This document shows positions 25,650 through 37,511 of a stretch of 64,000 bases of DNA, one piece after another. The first letter of the stretch is position 1. Each line of letters opens with the position of its first letter. The stretch is from Podarcis muralis. Taxonomy: Eukaryota. The position numbers and the translations under genes are program-made. Under the pieces are notes generated by a model, which was not told the origin of the DNA, did not search any database, and was given only the letters and a program-made list of their open reading frames with translations. The DNA lies in contig NC_135660.1 in assembly GCF_964188315.1 (NCBI RefSeq), positions 84,754,001-84,818,000 on the forward strand. The letters run 5' to 3'.

Positions 25650-25867
25650 CGTTATGGCCCACAACAGATTTGGTTTGTGGAAAATGGGCATCAGCCATGT
25701 TTTAAATGCTGCACACGGCAAAATATTTTGCCAAGGATCCCACGAGTTTTATGGCACAACGATCGAATACTATGGTGTACCAGCCTTTGACCTTCCTGAT
25801 TTTGATATGACTCCATATTTTTACCCTGCGGCAGAATTCATACACAAAGCCTTGAACACACCAGGAG
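25650..25867 (+). CDS. DUSP13A: DUSP13A-like copy 2, coding exon 2
   Basis: Acceptor TCTCTATCCAG; [35 protein letters not shown]...PAFDLPDFD...ALNTPG; donor G|GTAGGG; 218 nt. Confidence 0.95.
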
Positions 25868-26143
25868 GTAGGGAAGTAACATGCGTCACAAATGTTCATA
25901 TTATGTTGTGCTGTGCTGGCAATTTGGGACTTCACTGCCATTTCTTTTGGAGAGCTGGAGATTGGGGAAAGATGTTCAGCTCTCTCATTGATTTGGGGTT
26001 TACTTGATGGCTGCCCTGTAGGGATCACTGAGCAGCTTTTGCCCTGTGCCTCTTCCCCGACCTTCTCTTTGTTTCCAGGCAGAGATTATTGGCTTCTTAA
26101 ATTCTCTGCCTACCTCCTGCTTCCATTTCTCTACTCATATGTA

Positions 26144-26385
26144 CAGTGGTACCTCGGTTTACATACGCTTCAGGTTACATACGCTTCAGGTTACAGACTC
26201 CGTCAACCCAGAAATAGTGCTTCAGGTTAAGAACTTTGCTTCAGAATAAGAACAGAAATTGTGCTCCGGCGGCGCGGCAGCAGCAGGAGGCCCCATTAGC
26301 TAAAGTGGTGCTTCAGGTTAAGAACAGTTTCAGGTTAAGTACGGACCTCTGGAACGAATTAAGTACTTAACCCGAGGTACCACTG
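26144..26385. mobile_element. Tigger-like MITE
   Basis: TIR and TA TSD. Confidence 0.85.
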
Positions 26386-26598
26386 TATGCTCATCTGGTT
26401 CCCATTTCCTTGTTATTTGTACATAGCTATAACATATTGAGGTTCCAGGTGTCTCCAATGCCGGTGTGTCATTATCTACCCTCCTCTCACATTATATATA
26501 AACACTGGAGTTCCTTATCACCTTGACATCACATTGCCACGACACATTGGAAACCATGTTTAAATCTTCTGTCCTTTGTCACTGTTCTTTTTCTGGAC

Positions 26599-26970
26599 AT
26601 GGGTGGCACTGTGGTCTAAACCACAGAGCCTCCTGGACTCACCAACCAGAAGGTCAGCAGTTCTAATCTGCGCAACAGGGTGAGCTCCCATTGCTCTTTC
26701 CCAGCTCCTGCCAATCTAGCAGTTCGAAAGCACACCAGTGCAAGTAGATAAATAGGTACCACTGCAGCAGGAAGGTAAACGGCGTTTCTGTGTGCTGTGG
26801 TTTCCATCATGGTGTCCTGTTGTGCCAGAAGCGGTTTAGTCATGCCGGCCACATGACCTGGAAATCTGTCTGTGGACAAACGCTAGCTTCCTCGGACTGA
26901 AAGCAAGATGAGTGCCGCAACCCCATAGTCGCCTTTGACTGGACTTAACCGTCCAGGGGTCATTTAACTT
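26599..26970 (+). mobile_element. Sauria SINE (second subfamily)
   Basis: Similarity to the other copies. Confidence 0.85.
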
Positions 26971-27472
26971 TGCCGTTTACTGTTCTTTTATGCCCAGGTG
27001 GCAAAAGAGCTGTGAGTTTTTATCACTGCTTGAGAAAAAACAATATAAGAAACCCTGTTGCCAAAAACTACTAGATTCACTGTTCTTTCAATCTTGTCCT
27101 AAGTACATTTTGAAACTGCAGTTTATCCCAGCACTGAAAATTCATCAGAATCCAACAAAGAAAACTGTTAAACGTGCGCACACACAAATACATACATACA
27201 GTGCTTTTTCTGCCAAACATTGATTTTAGCTAAACTGTGAAGTAAGCCCAAGAAGATTTCCATTAACTTGACACAAACAATGTAAAGTAGGGCCCCACAT
27301 TTAGGCATAAATGAAGATAATATCAGAATTGGGGACTAAATTTATCCAGTATTAATGTAACTGCAGAAAGTTAAATGTACCTGTTTCAGAAATGGTTGAA
27401 TTCTGTCTTCTCTGTACTTTAAAAATGCCATCTTTTAAGATGATTAAAAAATGTGGTTTACTTCATTTTCAG

Positions 27473-27660
27473 GCAAAATCTTAGTGCACTGCGCAGTGGG
27501 GATAAGCCGATCGTCTTCGTTGGTGCTGGCATATCTCATGATCTACCATCGCTTCTCTTTGCTTAAAGCCATTCAGGCAGTGAAAGAACGTCGGTGGATT
27601 TTCCCCAACCGAGGGTTCCTGAAGCAACTGAGAAATTTGGACCTTCAGCTCAGCAAATAA
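27473..27660 (+). CDS. DUSP13A: DUSP13A-like copy 2, coding exon 3
   Basis: Acceptor TTCATTTTCAG; [14 protein letters not shown]...[21 protein letters not shown]; spliced CDS 567 nt (188 aa). Confidence 0.95.
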
Positions 27661-28058
27661 AGCACTAAGCAAGCACCCCGGAACGCAAGTTATTTTCAAG
27701 CCTCACTGTCCTGGAATATTTTCATTAAAATGTGTTCATTGTAGTATTTTTCTAATTGTAGCCATGCTCTCAGAAATAATGGCTATTTCGCGTAGTGTTA
27801 GCAGGGTCCACCCAAGAGGCAAGGCGAGCCCCCAACACCCACCAAAAGCAACCTCTACAGCGAACTCTCAGCAAACCAATGAACCCCTCTCCTCCATTAG
27901 GAAGGACTTTCTTACAAATAAGCAGTTCAATAGTGGGGAAGCTTGTCTTGGAAAGAAATGGACTCCCCTTCTTTAGAGGTTTTTAAGCAGAGGCTGGATT
28001 GCCACTTATCAGGAATGCTGCAGCAATGGGTTTCCTACATTAGCATGGGACTGAACTA

Positions 28059-28718
28059 CAGTGGTACCTTGGTTCTCAAACGCCTTGGTTCTCAAACGCC
28101 GAAAATCTGGAAGCAAGAGTTCCGGTTTTCGAATGTTTTTCAGAAGCCAAACGTCCGATGCAGCTGTCATCTATTGTTTCCGGGGCACCTGCACCAATCA
28201 GAAGCTGCACCATGGTTTTCGAACATTTTGGAAGTCAAACGTACTTCCGGAACGGATTAAGTTTGGGCTTTTGTTTTTGCTATTTATTTTGCGTTTTGGT
28301 TTCTGAGGCTTTTTTGGGTTGATTTGTTTTTGTGACTGTGTGGAACCCAGTTCAGCTACTGATTGATTGATGGTGTGACTGCAGGAATGAATAAAAGCCC
28401 CCCATCCAAACAATGACTATCATCAGTGCAGGTAAGGAAAAAAAATGTAATTTTAATTTTTATCATCTACAATATTGTCTTATTTATTTTATAGTACAGT
28501 ACATTGATTATTGCTTTCATTTTATGTGTGGATCAATGGTCTTGCTAGGTAGTGAAATCCATGTTAAATTGCTGTTTTAGGAGTTGTTTTTAAAAGTCTG
28601 GAACAGATTAATCCGTTTTGCATTACTTTCTATGGGAAAGCACGCCTTGGTTTTGGAACGCTTTGGTTTTGGAATGGACATCTGTAACTGAGTCAGTTTG
28701 AGAACCAAGGTACCACTT
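28059..28718. mobile_element. Longer Tigger-like non-autonomous element
   Basis: TIR CAGTGGTACCTTGGTTCTCAAAC...GTTTGAGAACCAAGGTACCACT. Confidence 0.8.
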
Positions 28719-29019
28719 TAGATCACTTTCCAGGACCCTTTGAACTCTATGATTCTATGATCTTCCATAACGATCTTCAGAGTACATAATAATATAATTC
28801 AACTCAAAAGAACTATTTTTTCCATTTCGAGGAAAAATAGGATGTTGATCTCCACTTGTGCTTATTGCATTTTGTGCTGCCGTGTCAGCAAAGGCTGTTC
28901 CCACATTAGGCATGGGGATGGGCAGGGGACGAAAAAGGGACATCTCTCAAAAGGCGCACCTGCTTCTCCCTGTCAAATGTCGAAAGGTAACTGGAGCTCA
29001 TTGGGGCTCTGCAACGACC

Positions 29020-29198
29020 ATGTATCATCGCATGACAACGGATGACCCCTTTCCAAAGACAACCGCCCCCTTTTGCAAAATGAACAGCCGCAGATCCGCC
29101 TCACCCTCCGTCCAAGAGTTGGAGCATGTGATGGACAGCTGCAGGATGGAATTAAATGAGATAGATGAAGTGTGGCCCAATCTTTATATAGGCAACAT
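29020..29198 (+). CDS. Third atypical DUSP paralog (DUSP13/26/29 family, CaaX-bearing), coding exon 1; start ATG uncertain (29020, 29032 or 29080)
   Basis: MYHRMTTDD...SPSVQELEHVMDSCRMELNEIDEVWPNLYIGN; donor AT|GTAAGT in phase 2, as in the paralogs. Confidence 0.88.
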
Positions 29199-30716
29199 GT
29201 AAGTGTGACCCGGAACGAAGCCGCGGCTTGAGCGTGGGGTAAAAGGTACTGTACAGCGATGTAATGTTATAACCAATGAATTCACATTGCTAACGGAGGA
29301 CAGATCTGTGCACGCTGAAGTTAAAGTCTGAAAAGAGTTTCCCTTGTTTTTCTCTGTCGTTCAACATGGGTGGGAATTCCTGGACAACCTTCCTAACAGA
29401 AAGCACATTACAAAAATCTGTATATGACTGGGGCAGGAACAGCACAGACAGTCCTATCACAGAGACACAAGATAATATATTTTATTATGTGCTAAAACTG
29501 AAAATCTAAATTCTAGCAAAGGAACCCACTTTCTTTGCCCAGAATACCTGTCCTATCTACACCCAAGTGATGCAAACCGCCCTCTGCATTTGGGGTGCCC
29601 AGTATGTCCTGTGTTAGATACAGATTTTTTAAAAAAAGAATTTACAGTTGGGTGAGAACAAGGTGTGATATCCAGACAGATGGAGAAAGATGCAAGGAAT
29701 GTAGACAAGGTATTCAAACTGAGAAATCTGCGGCCGAGTGAGGTAGCCTAGCAGAGTACAGAAATTCCAGTGGCTACTGAAACCTTATACTGGCGAATTT
29801 AAAATGCACGTCTTCAAGAAACATGAGCGGTGATGGACTTTCTAAATTGAAGGTTGAGTTTCTCAGGAACCCTAGCTGTGGGCCTGGTTACAGATTGTAT
29901 GTCTGAATATTCTATTGATTAGTTATATGTTTATGCACCAAGAATTTGCTCCTCTATCCATATGCAATTTACAAATACAGCTCATATTGTTTTATCCTGC
30001 TCTGTATTTTGAAAGTATAATCCTCTGGAGTGATTATCTGCATTTTATATTGGCAAATATACGGTGGATTAATTATACAGTTAGCATGCGCTTGTCAACC
30101 TTTGATGCATAAAAAAATCAGATCTGAACCCTGAGGTAGGAAATGGCATAGAGTATAATGTGCTCAACTGATCCCAACCTCTGCTCTTGAAAGGGATACG
30201 CAACCACTAGACTGAGCCTCTGTTTTCAAGAAAAGATGCTAGAGAGTTAAATGATTTAGATATCTGCAAGAAGTCACATGACTGAAGGCAGAAGTTCTGA
30301 GAAGCAAACACACTAGAGTCCAGTCCCGTCATGGCAACTGGCACATGTCATAATGTATCATTCTAAATTCCGGTGCAGATGGATTTCAGTTGATCCGAAG
30401 CCTACAGAAACTAAAGGGTAACTAAAGCCGTCTGCAAAAAAATAACATTCCGTGTTCTTGCAAATTGGATACAGCGTCATGTGACTGTAAGTTCTCCAAG
30501 TTACATTATCCCCTACCAAATTGTCTGGGTTGAGCAATCCTATACTCGCCGTTATCACAGAAATGCCACTGCTGCGTGCCTGTCTTTTCTGACGCCCACT
30601 CAATCCAGGATGGGAAGGCAGAGTCACCCACATGGTGAGTCAAAATGCAAGCAGCAAATGACTTTGGGATGATCAGAGCACTTCCCCAACAGCCCCGTCC
30701 AACACTGCAAAATATA

Positions 30717-31245
30717 CCGTATTTTTCGCTCTATAGGACGCACCCGACCATAGGACTCACCTTGTTTTATAGGGGGAGAACAAGAAAAAAAAATTCTCCC
30801 CTTCTCTGCTCAGCGCCCCTTCAGCAAAGCGGCAGGAGAAACGGAGCCCCTTCCACTTCTCCTCCTGCTTGGCTGAAGGGGCGCTGCACAGCTTTCCCTC
30901 TCTGCTGAAGTCAGGAGAGTCTTGCTCTCCTGGCTTCAGCAAAAGGAACCTGAAGCCTCCAGAGCGCAGCGGGAACTCGCGCTGCGCTCCGGAGGCTTCA
31001 GGCGGCTATCCCTGAAGCCTGGAGAGCGAGAGGGGTCAGTGCGCACCGACCCATCTTGCTCTCCAGGCTTCAGTGAAAGCAACGCGAAGCCCCCGGAGCG
31101 CAGAGGGAGCTCTCCCTCTGCGCTTCGGAGGCTTCGCATTGCTATCGCTGAAGCCAAGGAGCCTGCATTCGCTCCATAGGACGCACACATATTTCCCCTT
31201 CATTTTTGGAGGGGGAAAATGCGTCCTATAGAGCAAAAAATACGG
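30717..31245. mobile_element. Tc2/pogo-like non-autonomous element with internal long palindromes
   Basis: TIR CCGTATTTTTCGCTCTATAGGACGCA / TGCGTCCTATAGAGCAAAAAATACGG; TA TSD. Confidence 0.8.
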
Positions 31246-32403
31246 TACTCAATGATACTACCAGGCCCCCACTCCATCAGCTAGTATAGTACTCGACAGG
31301 ACTTGGAGCTGGGAAGCTGGAGACAATATTTCAAGCTCCAACAGTGGAAGGGAGAACTGTTAGGGCCCAAAAAGTTGGAGCACCTGGCACTCAAACCTCT
31401 GCTGCAGACGCCACAGAGGAGCTCCCTTATCACTCAAGCGCAGCAACAAACACATATGGCCATGGCGCATTAGTTCCCTATGCCCCAGTCCCATAGAATC
31501 GCAAACGTTGGAAGTTGGAAGGCACCCGAGGGTCATCTAGTCCAGCCCCCGGGCAATGCAGGAATCCCACATCATTTGGCTCCATTGTTGGCCACTTCCT
31601 GTTGCTAGCTATTAACAGCATATTTTGTATAAAGCTGTGCTATTTAAGATGTCCATGCAGCGCCTGCTATTGGTCAAAACGTCTCATGAGTGAGCAGCAA
31701 TAATTCATTAGGACCACATGTTCCAAGCTTGTTAAATAAATCATCCAGGTTCCTCTGATATTTGCCGCCTCAGCCTCTTATCGGAAAGAAGAGTTATACC
31801 CTGTCACTGAACCTTTCCCTTTGCAAGCTCCTAGACTATTTAATTCATCTGACCATTTAAAAGCTAGTGTTGGCCAGCATTCAGACAAATCCACTGTTAA
31901 TAGAATTAAGTAGATCTGACCACACTGAGGTCTACCCTATGGGATAGAAAATAGTACTTTAAAAAGAGTTATAAAAAAAAAGAAGTTTCCAAGAAGAAGC
32001 TACTGAGCTAGACTCCACTAGTTTAGCAACTAAAGGAACTCAGACTTGGTAGAGATCTGGAGTACTTGTCCCATTTGAGGGAGTTTATACTGTTTTTGCT
32101 ATACTCATTTGCAATCAGGTGCAGTCAGTTGCAGAAGAATCACACCCATTCTCTTTGAATCTCATATTCGTATGTATTTTGCATCTCCTATTATCTGTAT
32201 CTTTCCTTGGCCTTTTGTCATTGTAAAGGGTTTTTCTTGCTGCATTTTCTTGCTATATATCTTAATCTAATTTGTGTAACTTCCATTTGCCTCACTGCTT
32301 CCCTGTAGTTTACAACTGACTTGGACCAAACACAGACCCTCCAAGTGTCCCTATTTTCCAGAGACAGTCGCGGATTTACAGAATCTGTCCCAGTTTCTGA
32401 TTT

Positions 32404-32855
32404 ATAGAAATATAGAAATACTTTATTGTCACTGTACCACTTGTTTACAGTGAGATTAAACGAGCCCCCCTCCCCTCAATCTCTCAGTCCTTGTTACACT
32501 CTGTGTGCTGTCATATGACCACCAACCCCAAACGTCAGCTGCAATGTTGCTGTCTTCCATTCAGCAGCCTCACGCCCCACAGGTAGAAACTGTTCTTTAA
32601 CCTGTTGGTGCAGCTTATCATGCTTCTATATCTCCTGCCCGAGGGCAGGAGATTAAAAAGGTGCTGGCCAGGGTGTGAGTCATCCATGAGAATGTTCCCT
32701 GCGATAACATCTAGCGGACTCAGGGCACAGCCCATGATATCGTGTGCTGTCTTCACCACCCTCTGTAGGGACTTTCTGTCAAACCAGCGTACCACACCGT
32801 AATACAGTATGAGAGAACACTTTCTATTGTGGACCAATAGAAGGAAATAATCAGT
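32404..32855 (-). mobile_element. Rex1/Babar LINE 3' end inserted in a hAT-like MITE (32334-32928)
   Basis: DRKSLQRVVKTA...DDSHPGQHLFNLLPSGRRYRS...NRLKNSFY; (TTTCTA)-type tail; empty MITE site at about 62087 (TGATTT|GATCCCGG). Confidence 0.8.
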
Positions 32856-34088
32856 TGATTTGATCCCGGAATGTCCTGCTTTTCCTTAGGACATCCCTAT
32901 TTTCATCAGAGAAATGTTGGAGGGTATGTAAACAGCAATTGTGTTTTCCGTGAATTGCCGTTCGTTCCAATTCAGCGGTAAAAAGTGTGTTTTCCAGGGG
33001 AAATCAGCGGAACAATTGCAAAACTGCTCGGAACCACGTCTAGAAAGGATGGGACAAAGGGGAAACTGCTATCTAAGACCAACCGTTTCGGCATCTGAAA
33101 AAAGAACCTCTAACTACAAATCCTTCTGTCTCAATAAATCTTATTAGTGTTTACGAAGCTGCAGGACTCTCATAAGTTGCCACAAAACTGCCTCACTGGA
33201 ATACGTCAGTATTAATTTATGAAATATAGATTTCTGATTCGGTGATTCATACTACTACAGGCAGATCTGCCTTATTGGAATTTGATCCTACCCTACACTC
33301 TATTTAAACTTTCCCTGACACTATCAATAGGACAGAAAGAGATGCTGAAAGCACAACCCTTTCAGATCAGTGGCAATCATTTTGAAATAAGTATCTGATG
33401 AGATCCTGCCAGGGGAAGCTTACGCAATCCACTGGATTGTCGTAACATCAGGAACATACCCTGTCCATATGTTCAAGGAGCCACAAATGAAAGAAAGCTT
33501 TCCCCGTTATGGAAATAAAACAACAAATCCAAACAGCGATTCTGTTAGTGCAGCCTGTCTTCATTCTGAAGACGTAAACCTAGTATAAAATCGGCACATT
33601 TCACATGCAACATCTGTTTCAAAAGGAAGGATGGCGACTTTCTGTGTGTGTGCCCTTCCTGTCCAGATGAAATCATGATTACATCTCTATGAAAACATTA
33701 TCCACAGCCCTCGGCTCAGAAAACCGTTCATCTGTGCCAAGTGCAGCTCGGCAGTAGTTCACGGCAGGACACAGAGAATGCCCTGCGCTAATGAAACCAC
33801 ATGGTGATATCTGTGCCCTTCGAATGTGATTGTCCATACTGGAGGAGGTTTATCCAGATAATCGGTTCAAAGTGTGCCCTCTATTGCATCAGCCTTTACA
33901 GGAAAATCCTGCAAATCTCGATTAAGAGACCATTGTGCTATATACAAAAGATCAGTCACAGGCTTCCGAAGAAGTTGAAGCCCAGATATCTTAACATGGC
34001 TCTCTTGCCCTTTATGATTTCAGAGGGGGAAAGTCCAGTCACAGTTTCTCATCCTAACCTACCTCACAGGGTTGTTGTGAGGAGTCAA

Positions 34089-34428
34089 AGGTGACTATGG
34101 GGTGCAGCGCTCATCTCGCTTCAGGCTGAGGGAGCTGGAGTTTGTCCAAAGACAGCTTTCCGGCTCATGTGGCCAGCATGACTAAACCGCTTCTGGTGCA
34201 ACGGGACACTATGACGGAAACCAGAGCGCACAGAAACACCGTTTACCTTCCTGCCATGGCGGTACCTATTTATTTACTCGCACTAGCGTGCTTTCAAACT
34301 GCTAGGTTGGCAGGAGCTGGGAGAGAGCAACAGGAACTCACCCCATCGCAGGGATTCGAACCGCTGACCTTCCTGATCAGCAAGCCCAAGAGGTTCAGTG
34401 GTTTAGACCACAGCGCCACCCACGTCCC
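34089..34428 (-). mobile_element. Sauria SINE
   Basis: Similarity to the other copies. Confidence 0.85.
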
Positions 34429-34934
34429 ATGTGAGGATAACATGCATGGAAGAACCACATACACCACACTTAGAACATGGGACCAAAACATCAGGAGAAG
34501 CACTTAAAAAAAAGGTTGGTTGGGGGCAAGGAATTCATGTTTCAGAGGCGTATTTAAATAGCAGTTTTCTAAACAGGTATCTGAAAGTAGGCAGGGATGA
34601 TTCTTATCAAGCCTCTGCTGGCAGGCAGTTCCACAGGACAGGGCCTGCCACAGGAAAGGCTTGGCCCACCAGACCTCAGAAAAAATGAAGATGCAGCTTT
34701 GGGTCTGGGAGCTGTGGCAATAATGATAATGATATTTCTCTAGGAATTTGAAGTGGGATTAGCAGTTGCGTTGCCTCCTGAAAGGAATGCATATGCACTC
34801 ACTATGCTCTTCTTACATATTTGTTTAAATCAATAATCAATATCCAACACTTTCTCATTCATCGGAAACTAAGCCCTGTATCACTGTTTCCACCATGAGA
34901 AGATGAGCCAGTGTGGCATAATGGAGAGAGTGTT

Positions 34935-35303
34935 TTTGGTTTTGGTTTTATAATTTTTGTTAAATTTCTGTTTTACGTTTTAGGATATTCACTTAAACAA
35001 CCTTAAAATATCGATGACTTCCCTTCCTCTCTTTCCGTGGTTCATTTTGCACAACATAAATCCCTGCATATTTTACATAAAATAAACCATTCAGTATTCC
35101 ATTATCACATCCATCAAAACTTATTTACACTGTTGAATTTATCTTAATGCTGCCAGCGTTTTCAAATAGACACAATTTCCCCCCATATATTCAATAAACA
35201 TTTCCCAATCTTCTCTAAACGTATGTTCTTCTTGTTCTCTTATTCTATATGTTAGATCTGCAAGCTGCGCATATTCCATCAGTTTAAGTTGCCATTCTTC
35301 TTG
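34935..35303 (-). mobile_element. L1-type 3' fragment inserted into a tRNA-derived SINE
   Basis: EEWQLKLMEYAQLADLTYRIRE; 16-bp TSD TAATGG(A/T)GAGAGTGTT; SINE head at ~34904 and body from ~35320. Confidence 0.82.
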
Positions 35304-35481
35304 TAATGGTGAGAGTGTTGGACCTGGGAGATCAGGGTTCAAATCCCCACTCATAGCTTAACCTACCTCACAAAGTTGTTGTAAGGGTGAATCTGGGAGG
35401 AGGAGAACCCTGTAAGTCACCTGGAGATGCTTGGAAGATAAAGATGGTATAAAGGGAAACGGACCACTGACCAGTAACACT

Positions 35482-35724
35482 GAGCCAGTGTGGTGTAGTG
35501 GTTAAGAGCAGTAGTCTCGTAATCTGGGGAACCGGGTTCGCGTCTCCGCTCCTCCACATGCAGAGCTGCTGGGTGACCTTGGGCCAGTCACGCTTCTCTG
35601 AAGTCTCTCAGCCCCACTCACCTCACAGAGTGTTTGTTGTGGGGAAGGAAGGGAAAGGAGAATGTTAGCCGCTTTGAGACTCCTGAAGGGGAGTGAAAGG
35701 TGGGATATCAAATCCAAACTCTTC
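35482..35724 (+). mobile_element. tRNA-derived SINE (Squam3-like)
   Basis: GAGCCAGTGTGGTGTAGTGGTTA A-box head, GGTTCG B-box; near-identical copy at 41508. Confidence 0.8.
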
Positions 35725-35726
35725 CA

Positions 35727-36059
35727 ATCCATTCGGTCCAGTCATGACCGACTCTGGGGTTGCGGCGCTCATCTCGCTTTATTGGCCGAGGGAGCCAGCG
35801 TACAGCTTCCGGGTTATGTGGCCAGCATGACTAAGCCGCTTCTGGCGAACCAGAGCAGCACACGGAAACGCCATTTACCTTCCCACCGGAGCAGTACCTA
35901 TTTATCTACTTGCACTTTGACATGATTTCAAACTGCTAGGTTGGCAGGAGCAGGGACTGAGCAACGGGAGCTCACCCCGTCGCAGGGATTCGAACCGCCA
36001 ACCTTCTGATCGGCAAGTCCTAGGCTCTGTGGTTTAACCCACAGCGCCACCCACGTCCC
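35727..36059 (-). mobile_element. Sauria SINE
   Basis: Similarity to the other copies. Confidence 0.85.
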
Positions 36060-36146
36060 AAAGATGGTATATAAATGTAATAAATAAATAAGGGCATGGG
36101 ATTCATTTCTGCTCACCTGCCCACTTTCATATCTGTTTCCCGGCAG

Positions 36147-36364
36147 CACGGCGGCACACAACAAGGAAGAGCTAAGGAAACGGGGTATCACTCACATACT
36201 GAATGCCGCACACGCTGCCTGGGGAAGCAAAGGAAACCAAACATTCTACGGACCAGAGTTCCATTACTATGGAATAGCAGCAGAAGACTCCCCAGACTTT
36301 GACCTCAGCATACACTTCCGCCCTGCCTCCGAATTCATCACCAAAGCCCTAAGTGTACCAAATG
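36147..36364 (+). CDS. Third DUSP paralog, coding exon 2 (absent from the ORF track because it has no start codon)
   Basis: Acceptor TGTTTCCCGGCAG; [72 protein letters not shown]; donor G|GTGAGT; 218 nt, same phases as the paralogs. Confidence 0.92.
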
Positions 36365-37055
36365 GTGAGTGCCTTGGGATGGAGCAATGGGGAAGTTTCT
36401 GAAACAACAATGGGATATTAGCTCCGCCCCAGGCATGATGGAGAACAGCAACAACCGGGAAAAGGTAGACAGAACATTTTACAAGGACAGGAAGAAACAC
36501 CACGGACAGAATTGCCATACACAGGAAGAACAAGGATATAGTTTGAGTGCCTCTCTTGCAGTTTTATAAATCATTTAATGTGTCAACACAAATAGAAGTT
36601 ATTAATATTGCCGTTGTTGTATAAGGGATTATTATTTTGACCGGAATGTAATTGAAATTAATAAGATTTTAGAACGCAGAAGTAAAGAAAATCATCAAAC
36701 CATCCATTCTAGCACGTGGGGGGCCACCTAAATTATATAATTTGGTATTTGAACAATTGGTGTTCATAATTGTATTATAATTTGGCATTGTTATAATGAA
36801 GCTATTATTGGACTGCAATTGAAAACTAATAAAAAAAAACCATTATCAAATGGTGGGTGCCTGCCCTGGTGGAACCGCTGCACTGATGTTTTAGGTATTA
36901 GCAGCAGCATAGCATGGGATGCTGGTGTCCGGGGCAGACAAGCAACCATTTTGAGATAGGTCAGACTGAGAGACAAAGTGAATGAGTGGCCCAAGGTCAC
37001 CCAGTGAGCTTCAGAGCCACTTGACAATTTGGATTGCTTTAATACAAATTAAAAA

Positions 37056-37413
37056 AAGGTAAAGGTACCCCTGCCCGTACGGGCCAGTCTTGACAGACTC
37101 TAGGGTTGTGCGCCCATCTCACTTAAGAGGCTGGGGGCCAGAGCTGTCCAAAGACACTTCCGGGTCACGTGGCCAGCGTGACAAAGCTGCATCTGGCGAG
37201 CCAGCGCAGCACACGGAAACGCCGTTTACCTTCCCACCAATAAGCGGTCCCTATTTATCTACTTGCACCCGGGGGTGCTTTCGAACTGCTAGGTTGGCAG
37301 GCGCTGGGACCGAGCAGCGGGAGCGCACCCCGCCATGGGGATTCGAACCGCCGACCTTTTGATCGGCAAGCCCTAGACGCTGAGGCTTTTACCCACAGCA
37401 CCACCCGCGTCCG
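37056..37413 (-). mobile_element. Sauria SINE
   Basis: Similarity to the other copies; AAAGGTAAAGGT tail. Confidence 0.85.
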
Positions 37414-37511
37414 TATTTAATACAAATTAGGAACCCCCAAAATCCCCTACTGGAAGAGCTCAAAGGAGTTCCCAGTTGCTCTCTTCTTAAACCATTTCAT
37501 CTCCGTTCCAG

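Noticed and set aside
30560-30640. Strong donor CATG|GTGAGT and a ...RVTHMV peptide as exon 2 of the third DUSP
   Set aside because: No matching acceptor or DUSP motifs; the real exon 2 is 36147-36364
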